Positions 9,340 to 17,198 of a DNA stretch of 64,000 nucleotides are shown here, one piece after another. The stretch comes from a virus. Its lineage: Duplodnaviria > Caudoviricetes. The notes beneath the pieces are model-generated. The model did no database searches, was not told the DNA's origin, and saw only the letters and a program-made list of their open reading frames with translations. A program made the position numbers and the translations under genes. The first letter of the stretch is position 1. Every line of letters starts with the position of its first letter. The stretch spans positions 1 through 64,000 of the IMG/VR virus record IMGVR_UViG_3300021255_000050; one strand, 5' to 3'.

Positions 9340-10454
9340 AAATATATGAAGTTCGAAAGGTAGAAGCAAAGCATAAGCCCGTTGATATTATGAAGGTTAT
9401 CAGCGGGACTGCACAACCTAAAGACTTTAAGAATGGTTTCGACAGAAACTATACGAAGACTCTGTACTATGAAATGAACTGTGATGATAGGTTTCATCAA
9501 GTCTCGATTGCACCCTTTGGCACGGTGATTACCGACGAGAACGAAGATAACTTCTATACCAGCTTCCAGATTCCGAAGCGGAGTGGCGGCATGCGCACCA
9601 TCAACAGCCCGAACAGTGCGCTGCGCCGTTACCAGAATCGTGTGCTGAACTACATGAAGAGCAAGATGCAGAACACAGGTAGGAATGGTGGCGATCACCA
9701 CACGAATGCCTGGGCTTACATCGAGCGACGCTGTCCGAGAGATATGATGATTCGCCATCAGGCGAACCAGTCTCGCTTCTATATGAAGCTGGACTTTCAT
9801 GATTTCTTTGGTTCGCTGAACATGAACTTTTGCATCAGTCAGCTTCGGAAGATTTACCCATGGTGCATGTACACAGAAGCGACGCTGAGGTCCATGCTTC
9901 GGCCTTGCTTCCTGCACAATGGTCTGCCGCAGGGTGCAGAGACCTCTCCGTGGCTGTCGAATGTGGTGATGATTCCGTTCGACAGCTGGATGAGCAACAT
10001 GCTCATGCGGAAACTGGAGCGTATGTTCGGTGGGAACTTCGTGTACACCAGATATGCTGATGATATTATTATCAGCGGCAAGTACAAGTTCTCCGTGAAG
10101 TATGTTGTTGATCAGATCGAAGGGTTCCTGGCCAGAGAATGGTATCCGCTGCAGCTGAACCCGGATAAGACTCGCTTCGGCAGTCGTGCTGGCCACAATA
10201 TGAACGTCGGCATCATGATCAATAAGGACAACGAGATGACGGTTGGCTGGAAGAATATCAACAAGTGCAAGGTGATGATCTTCCAGCTCATCAAAGACCA
10301 CCTCAATGGCCACGAATGGGATGAGCACCGTAAGAATCAGGTGCGCGGCCTAATCAACTACTACAAGTACATCCAGAAGGAGAGGATCAATGAGATCATC
10401 GAGAAGTACGAATCCAAGTATGGCGTGAAAGTGTTTGACCTTCTTAAAACTTAA
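9336..10454 (+). CDS. Retron-type reverse transcriptase
   Basis: IPKRSGGMRTINSP, KLDFHDFFGS, LPQGAETSPWLSN, YTRYADD, LNPDKT, NVGIMIN (variant of retron VTG region Y); ATGA overlap with E1. Confidence 0.85.
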   Translation: MKIYEVRKVEAKHKPVDIMKVISGTAQPKDFKNGFDRNYTKTLYYEMNCDDRFHQVSIAPFGTVITDENEDNFYTSFQIPKRSGGMRTINSPNSALRRYQNRVLNYMKSKMQNTGRNGGDHHTNAWAYIERRCPRDMMIRHQANQSRFYMKLDFHDFFGSLNMNFCISQLRKIYPWCMYTEATLRSMLRPCFLHNGLPQGAETSPWLSNVVMIPFDSWMSNMLMRKLERMFGGNFVYTRYADDIIISGKYKFSVKYVVDQIEGFLAREWYPLQLNPDKTRFGSRAGHNMNVGIMINKDNEMTVGWKNINKCKVMIFQLIKDHLNGHEWDEHRKNQVRGLINYYKYIQKERINEIIEKYESKYGVKVFDLLKT

Positions 10455-10455
10455 A

Positions 10456-10613
10456 GCTCATGCAATAACCTATTCCGAATTGCGCCTTCGGCTCATGAAG
10501 GAGGATGGTGCTCTCTGTGATACAGGGAGTGGCGAAGTGATACGCATATTTCCTGGATCCGGTAGCCCGTATCCAGGAAATGTCAAGTAAGATTTGGAAG
10601 ATCATAGATGAGC
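10456..10613 (+). ncRNA. Retron-like msr-msd unit 1
   Basis: Arms GCTCAT (10456-10461)/ATGAGC (10608-10613); G10462 after the 5' arm; hairpin CTCTCTGT-GAT-ACAGGGAG (10511-10529); 11-bp stem ATTTCCTGGAT/ATCCAGGAAAT (10548-10581). Confidence 0.65.
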
Positions 10614-10710
10614 AAAAGTTGGGGACTTCAGCCCGTCTATATGGCGGTGATAAATCGGGCGACTGGAGCAGCTCGTTGGAGAGGGGTAGACGAGCATCAA
10701 ACATCGAATT

Positions 10711-10885
10711 AACAATACATGTAATACTCGTTTGGTTTCATTAACTAGCTCCGAATTAATGTAGGAGCGCCAACGAGGCTTTCCTTGATAAGGGAAGTGA
10801 TGAATTACTAGTTTGCAGCAACTAGCGATCCTTCGGATCGCGTTGCTGCTGGGTCAGGTTACAGAATGAATTAAGATGTATTGTT
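10711..10885 (+). ncRNA. Retron-like msr-msd unit 2
   Basis: Perfect 10-bp arms AACAATACAT/ATGTATTGTT; G10721; hairpin CTTTCCTT-GAT-AAGGGAAG (10779-10797); stem GCAGCAAC..GCGATC/GATCGC.GTTGCTGC (10815-10849). Confidence 0.7.
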
Positions 10886-10896
10886 TTTCAAAGGTT

Positions 10897-11062
10897 AAGT
10901 TAATGTATGAATTGAAATCGCACAAGCAAATTATTATGCGGTTTGCTCTTCATGATATGAGGAGTAACGGATTGCCCGAAATGCCTGCGTGGATCCTTAG
11001 CAGGATCCTGCCGGCTGGCGTCAAGTCAGGTGTATCAATTTTTATTTAAGATACATTAACTT
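10897..11062 (+). ncRNA. Retron-like msr-msd unit 3
   Basis: Perfect 12-bp arms AAGTTAATGTAT/ATACATTAACTT; G10909; hairpin CTCTTCAT-GAT-ATGAGGAG (10946-10964); stem GGATCCT-TAGC-AGGATCC (10991-11008). Confidence 0.7.
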
Positions 11063-11308
11063 TAACTTTAACTTTAACTTACAGAAAGGAGAAACCCATG
11101 ACTGTTATTGGAACTTATCCCATCTGTAATAATGGAGGAATAATCGTACATAAGTATGATATGTACGAAGACAAAGTCCTCGCCAGCATGAATGGTGTGG
11201 ACGCTATGTGGTGCCCGATCGTCGAGGATTGTGACGGCGAACCGGGCTTTTATTATGGCAAAATGTTCATTCTCTTCGGAGATGTAATGAGGACGGAGGT
11301 GGCCTAAT

Positions 11309-11803
11309 ATGGTAACGTGGTACGATGACGACGGCATGGTCCACATGATCGCATACAAACTCATGCGCATTGATGAAGCGAGGCAGCTGCATGCAATGTA
11401 TGTGTTTGCGAACAAGGTTTACCCAATCGGCGAATGGATTGAAGCGGAGATCGGCCCCGACGGCAAGGATGACAAGCATGTTAAGAGCAAGCTTGGCAAC
11501 CTGTCGAAGCGCCCCGGACTGCATTGCACACTCGTACCGTGGACCGACTGGATTGGCACGATCGTTGATGATGTGAGGTGTCGGAGGCGTGAGAACGTCT
11601 GGGTCGAAGTCGAAATTAAAGGCAAGCTGGTTGCACCGTCCGGGACGAAACTCCCTGACGGTTTTTATTTCTTCAGAACCAACAGCAAACAGAAGGATCC
11701 GTGGATCATCTGCCGCTGGATGAAGATCAACCGTATTCTGCCGGAGTCCGAAGTCGATGCTCGCTGCAGAGCGGCTGGCCTCGAACCTCAGAAGATCGCG
11801 TAA
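11309..11803 (+). CDS. Hypothetical phage protein
   Basis: GGAGG RBS; 164-aa ORF with RPGLHC motif. Confidence 0.6.
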   Translation: MVTWYDDDGMVHMIAYKLMRIDEARQLHAMYVFANKVYPIGEWIEAEIGPDGKDDKHVKSKLGNLSKRPGLHCTLVPWTDWIGTIVDDVRCRRRENVWVEVEIKGKLVAPSGTKLPDGFYFFRTNSKQKDPWIICRWMKINRILPESEVDARCRAAGLEPQKIA

Positions 11804-12253
11804 GGAGGATTCGTATGCAAGACCTGTTCGTGATGTATCTGCGTGCAATGATAAAGGTAAAGAGGTACTGGGTCGAAGATCATACAGATGATCTGCGCTA
11901 TCTGTACTTCGAGCTTGAGCGTAACGAGTATATTGACAACCTCATGAAGGTGGATCTGTACGGATTTGACAGAATTGTGGATGATGATTTGACATATTTG
12001 ATACATGTTACAAATCTGGATGAACCGGAAGACCTGGAACCTTGTATCGAGCTGCACAAGAATGGTCAGTTCATTACGTTCGGACCTCTCATGAATAAAG
12101 ATGTACGGGAACAGGTGTATCGGCTTCTCGATCAACAGTGTAAAGAGGGTATCTTTATGCTTGTTAATAAGTTGCGGGAGATCGAGGCCGATGCTGCATC
12201 TGCATGATTGCTGCAGCAATAGTTTTTCGCACGAAAACATGGATGTAATAGCG

Positions 12254-12294
12254 AAGGCGGGTATTTGTTAAGGAAGAATAATGCCCGCCTTTTT
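12254..12294 (+). terminator. Putative intrinsic terminator
   Basis: AAGGCGGGTATT...AATGCCCGCCTT stem followed by T-tract. Confidence 0.5.
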
Positions 12295-12331
12295 AATCGA
12301 TTTTTCTATTGTATTCCAATAGGAGGAAATT

Positions 12332-12682
12332 ATGAAAGAATTCGAAATCGAAAAGAAGATCGTCAGTGAAAACGTGCGTGGCTGCGTATCTAGCCTTGTT
12401 GATCTGCTCGATGGCGATGGTTTGACTGCCATTGAAAAGCTTGATGACAACTACTATCGGGACAACGATTACTACGACGAAGAGAATGATGAGTATGTTG
12501 AAATCATGGAGTACTGGCTTGTTACTCCATGGCTCGGCAGCAAGCTGGCAGAGAAAGGCGAGATTGTCTGGCATGACAACTACAGTTTCGCCCTGTGGGG
12601 AAGACAGACTTCCGGCCAGGCGATCTTTCTTGATGGCGTGATCGAAGAGATTGCAAAAGATCTTAAGGAGGTTGGAGCATGA
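12332..12682 (+). CDS. Acidic hypothetical phage protein
   Basis: AGGAGG RBS; D/E-rich centre; WGRQTSGQAI motif. Confidence 0.65.
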   Translation: MKEFEIEKKIVSENVRGCVSSLVDLLDGDGLTAIEKLDDNYYRDNDYYDEENDEYVEIMEYWLVTPWLGSKLAEKGEIVWHDNYSFALWGRQTSGQAIFLDGVIEEIAKDLKEVGA

Positions 12683-13041
12683 GCTTTGTTGAGCAGACTA
12701 CGCCTATGGAGTACACGGTAACGAATCGTCATGGGGATGTGAAGAAGTTGGACTGGGACGACATGATGAGCGTCTACAGCTACGTAGACAAGTGGTACGC
12801 AGAGAACGATGTTGAAGACACGATCAACGATATCAAAGAAGGTCGCATCTCTCATCCTGCCAGCCCATACCTTCTTGAAGAACAGAAGGATAGAGTCCTT
12901 GAACTGTACATGGATTACATGGATGACGATAGATATCAGAAGTTGATCGAAGCAATGACCGAAGTCTACTATGAGGATGATGAGAAAAGGTCAGAGGAAA
13001 CCGCACGCGAATTCGTGCCTGTGCTGGGGGAGGATTTCTAA

Positions 13042-13656
13042 ATGGCTAGAGTGTCACATACAGTATCCAAACTTGGACAGCATGTTGGCGCGATTGGTCT
13101 TCCGGCTGGCGTCACATGCAGAGAGAACGCTCCTTGCTTGCCCGATTGTTACGCATGTAAGGGGCGTTTTCGTTGCCAGAATGTTAAGGCGAGCCTGCAG
13201 GCGAACCTTGATGAGTATAAGCTGCACCCAGTGAAGTTCGAAGCGGACATCACAAAGAAGAGCATGTGGCTCAAATATGTTCGCTGGTTCCACAGCGGCG
13301 ACATTGTGGACTACAACTTCCTGCTGATGATGAGAAGGATTGCTGCAGCAGTAAGGGACACAAGGAACCTCGCGTTCACAAAGAAGTTCGAGCTTGTCAA
13401 CCGTAGCATTGATGAGCACGGCTTCCCGACCGATAACCTCACGCTGGTTCTGTCAGCATGGGGTGACGACTTCATGCCGGACAATCCGTACAATCTGCCG
13501 GTTGCATACATCAGGCTGAAGGACAAAAGCAAGAGCTGCCATATCCCGTCGTATGCAATGGAGTGCATGAGCAGCTGCGAGGAATGCATCACCAAGTGCA
13601 ACGGTGGATGCTGGAACCTGAAGCGCGGCGAAGCTGTTGTGTTTAATCAGCATTAA
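13042..13656 (+). CDS. Gene product 88 (GP88)-like, radical-SAM-like protein
   Basis: SKLG...LPAGVTC...C..CYA, RWFHSGD, AFTK, C-terminal Cys cluster and final H. Confidence 0.7.
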   Translation: MARVSHTVSKLGQHVGAIGLPAGVTCRENAPCLPDCYACKGRFRCQNVKASLQANLDEYKLHPVKFEADITKKSMWLKYVRWFHSGDIVDYNFLLMMRRIAAAVRDTRNLAFTKKFELVNRSIDEHGFPTDNLTLVLSAWGDDFMPDNPYNLPVAYIRLKDKSKSCHIPSYAMECMSSCEECITKCNGGCWNLKRGEAVVFNQH

Positions 13657-13671
13657 GGAAGGAGTGATAGC

Positions 13672-14196
13672 ATGAGCGACATCCTGAAGCAGCTGAAAGA
13701 AGAAGCGAAGAGAATGGATGACTTGCACGTTAAAGTTGAAGAAACGTGCCGTCTTCAGCGTGGCGAGATGCTGGAACTGAGGTCCGAAAAGGCGAGGCAT
13801 ATTTACGACTTTCTTAGTGAATATAAGCAGTTCCTTAAGGACCACGATCTTCTGGAAAGCTATCACGATTCGTTCGACTTTTTCGTTACTTACAAACGAG
13901 AAAAAGGAGGATACCTCAGAGACTGTTGGATCAAGATAAACTTGGAAGGCATTTATGCATGCCGTGGTTCTGAATCTGGACCGTGTGAGGAACAGACTAT
14001 TGGTTCTGTTATGCGGGGTAATCCGGCTGAGTTTGCAGCTTCCGCAGTTATTGATAGATGGAGTGATCATCATGAAAGGACATTCGAAAAGGACTTCGCA
14101 AACTTCGTCAAACCGAGACTGAATAAACGCATTAAAGAAGATGAAATGAAACTGAAGGAATCCGAAGACACACTCAAAAAGCTGAAAGGAGAATAA
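13672..14196 (+). CDS. Hypothetical protein, paralog 1 of 3
   Basis: EKA.HI..FL.EY, IDxW and terminal KGE shared with the next two genes. Confidence 0.7.
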   Translation: MSDILKQLKEEAKRMDDLHVKVEETCRLQRGEMLELRSEKARHIYDFLSEYKQFLKDHDLLESYHDSFDFFVTYKREKGGYLRDCWIKINLEGIYACRGSESGPCEEQTIGSVMRGNPAEFAASAVIDRWSDHHERTFEKDFANFVKPRLNKRIKEDEMKLKESEDTLKKLKGE

Positions 14197-14198
14197 GC

Positions 14199-14714
14199 AT
14201 GAACGATATCATGAAACGGCTTACGGAAGAGGCTGACAAAGTTAAAGCTTTGCACATTGAAGTAGAAAGACAGTGCAAACTTCAGCAAGAAGAAGCTAAT
14301 GTGTTGAGGTGTGAAAAGGCAAAGTATATTTATGATTTCCTTCTGGAATACTGGAATTACCTGAAGCAATTTCAGATGATTGCAAGAGATTTTCAGATAA
14401 GTTTGACATCAAGGAAAGAACCGGATGGATACATGCGAGGTTGCGGTATCGTGTTTGCCGATGACGGAATTTATGCCGGCTCAGAATGGTACCAAGGCAT
14501 TAATCGCGGCCAGAAGATTAAAGATGTGGTATGCGGGGCCAATCCGGCATTTGCAACAGAAGCGATTATTGATGGTTGGAATAAAGGGTACGAGGAAAAA
14601 ATCGACTCTCGCTTTGTAAAGTATGTTGAAGCAGTGCTTGACGAGAGACTTAAAGAAGATACGAAGAGGCTGAAGGAGTCTAACGACATACTCGAAAAGC
14701 TGAAAGGAGAGTAA
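14199..14714 (+). CDS. Hypothetical protein, paralog 2 of 3
   Basis: As above. Confidence 0.7.
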   Translation: MNDIMKRLTEEADKVKALHIEVERQCKLQQEEANVLRCEKAKYIYDFLLEYWNYLKQFQMIARDFQISLTSRKEPDGYMRGCGIVFADDGIYAGSEWYQGINRGQKIKDVVCGANPAFATEAIIDGWNKGYEEKIDSRFVKYVEAVLDERLKEDTKRLKESNDILEKLKGE

Positions 14715-14716
14715 GT

Positions 14717-15208
14717 ATGTACACAATGGTACAAGATATTAACCGGATGGTACAGAACGCGGCAGAACTGCAGAAAGAATACAAAGAAAAGTGTAATCAG
14801 ATTACAGCAGAAATTCTTAAGATAAGGCAGGAAAAAGCGCAGCATATATGCGAGTTTCTGCAAGAGTATAGTGACTGCATCACAAAGAACAAGGCAATAA
14901 TCCCATGCGATTCGTTTAAGTTCACCGTTACCGACGATCCCCATAAAACATATCTTGTGCTGACCACTATGGACATTCGTGTTGTAAACACATACGAGTC
15001 GCAATCATTAAAAGACATAAGAGAAGGTTGTGCATTGCCAAAACCTGTAGCAGTTACTGCGATTGATGCATGGGATGCTGATAAGGAAGATAAATTCAAG
15101 GGGTGCTTCCTCACGTACATGGTTGATCTTGTGAATGAATTTAAACAGAGCGAACAGGATGCGCTCAATTATTACGAAAACCTGCTGCGGAGAGTGAAAG
15201 GAGAATAA
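14717..15208 (+). CDS. Hypothetical protein, paralog 3 of 3
   Basis: As above. Confidence 0.7.
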   Translation: MYTMVQDINRMVQNAAELQKEYKEKCNQITAEILKIRQEKAQHICEFLQEYSDCITKNKAIIPCDSFKFTVTDDPHKTYLVLTTMDIRVVNTYESQSLKDIREGCALPKPVAVTAIDAWDADKEDKFKGCFLTYMVDLVNEFKQSEQDALNYYENLLRRVKGE

Positions 15209-15584
15209 GCATGGTCAAGAAGGTTACGCTGGAAGAACTCGCTACTATTGTTGAGCAGATGCCTCTTGGTACATCACGATCGTTTGCGCTGGAGCAGGAC
15301 TGTGTTCGTGATGACATGCCGAACATCGATGATGTATCAGCATACAGTTTCTGGTATCTCATAAAGCCCTTGTGTCTGTACGGCGACCACAGGGCTGTTA
15401 TTTTCGACTTCTTTGGCAGCTATGACAACCAGAATCTTGAGATTTATCAGGTTGTTATGGAGCCTGAGGACGAAGGCGAGATGGTAGTGCTCGATGCACT
15501 GCATGACTATATGGCGAAGATCGGCGAGTCTGACCGTGAGTATGTGTACTATGACGACAGTGAACTTGATGAGGAGGACTGAGT

Positions 15585-16052
15585 ATGCACTTTTCTATTG
15601 CAGTAATTCATCATCCCGACCAGTACATCGATGACCTTCTGGAACCTTACGACTATACGAACAAGGATACGTATGAGCACATTCTTATACATACGCGTGA
15701 CGAGGCAATCGAGTATGCGAGAAAGTATTTCCTTGAACCAGGCATCTCTAAGAGCGATGAGGAGCTGTGGGATATGATGGCCGAAGGATACGACACGGAC
15801 GACGAAGGCAACCTCTACGACTATGATAATCCAAATGGCCGCTTCGATTACTACTCCGTGCAAGACACGTATAAAGCTCTCAAGTGTGAGTATGGATGGG
15901 AGAGTAATGCGCTGCTGGAAGATGTGCTGGTGTTTAATGTATATGCTGTCGTTACGCCTGACGGCGAATGGCACGACCAGGATGAAGGGTTCGACAACAT
16001 CGGCAACTGGCCAAATGATTGCGTTGTAACTGTCGTTGACTGCCACGTATAA
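15585..16052 (+). CDS. Acidic hypothetical phage protein
   Basis: MHF..AV start, NPNGRFDYY, AVVTPDGEWH, terminal VDCH. Confidence 0.65.
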   Translation: MHFSIAVIHHPDQYIDDLLEPYDYTNKDTYEHILIHTRDEAIEYARKYFLEPGISKSDEELWDMMAEGYDTDDEGNLYDYDNPNGRFDYYSVQDTYKALKCEYGWESNALLEDVLVFNVYAVVTPDGEWHDQDEGFDNIGNWPNDCVVTVVDCHV

Positions 16053-17198
16053 GAAAGGAGAAGCTTATGGAGATCGGATGGTATGCTGATATGGTTGCAA
16101 AAGGAATGCTGACGATCGAAGAAGCCGATGCGCTCATCAACGATGCGATCGATTCGTGGAAGGAGACCGAGTATCCCAAGATCGATGCGGATAACTTCGA
16201 TGATTATCTCCAGTGGAAGTGCGCGAAGTATCTGGACAAGTATCAGGAGCTGACGAAAGCAATCAAGAAGCTGATGAAGGAGTAAGGCATGAAGACAGAA
16301 TACGTACCGCATGAAGTCCCCGAACCGTTTCGGGACCTCGCATATGCTGTCGCAGTGCAGGCTATCGAGGACTATAAGGAACTCGTCGAGATGATTCTGC
16401 AGAACCCGGAGTCGCAGTGCGGATCGTACATCGCGCTGTACAACCAGGCTCGCGAGGACTACAGGAAAGCGAAGGACGAGAAGCAGAAGTACGATGCGTC
16501 AAAGCGAAAGCGACTATATGGTGCGCTGGCTGAAGCTACGAAGGAGCTGCTTGATATCCGGCGCTTCCTGATAAGCAGCGACCTTACAGATTGGATGGAT
16601 TTCGATGGACGAACATTGCTGGATAACCTTGACCGACAGTTTAAGGACTTTGATCTTGGGAGGTTCGTGGCTACGCACGAAGAAGTCTCTCATACAGAGC
16701 TACTTAAACGATACAAACTTAGCAGGAGGAAGAAGAAAGATGCATGATTTCTATTGCCACTTCTCTGATAACAGTGGTCAGGTTATGAACTTTAAAGTGC
16801 GGGCAAAGGACAAGAAAGAAGCTATCGAAAAAGCGTTTGCCCGTGCCAGGAAGAGGGCAAAAGGGGACCTCAGTCCTAGCTGGTCCGTCACCTTCAGAAA
16901 TTATACTTTATAAATTCGGCATAATGAAATAGAAACAACCACTGCTGAAATACAAATGAAGGAGGTGATGAAAAGTGAAACGAGTCTATAAGAAGTTCGC
17001 GCTGTTCAGCGTAATCTACACAGCGATCTACATCGGATCACAAGTGTTGCTGCCAATTCTCTTCGCGTTCGGGGTCGAGATGAATATTTGGCAGCTCTTT
17101 ATCCCTACGTTCGTGATGATCGGGCCTTTCGTAATCCTGTTGGTCTACCTTTGGCTGACCAAAACCATTAACGAGATTATGGAGGACTTATTTCGCGA

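Noticed and set aside
9276-10328. 350-aa antisense ORF over the RT, and similar long antisense ORFs elsewhere
   Set aside because: Shadow frames of + strand genes, with no RBS or recognisable motifs.
9336-10454. First RT as a DGR or group II intron RT
   Set aside because: No TR/VR pair or avd nearby and no recognisable maturase domain or intron domain V; motifs and flanking RNA are retron-like.
10456-11062. CRISPR array
   Set aside because: The units share structure, not identical direct repeats with regular spacers; no cas operon is seen.
11056-11080. (TTAACT)n short tandem repeat
   Set aside because: Looks like slippage at the 3' arm of ncRNA unit 3; no independent function is supportable.
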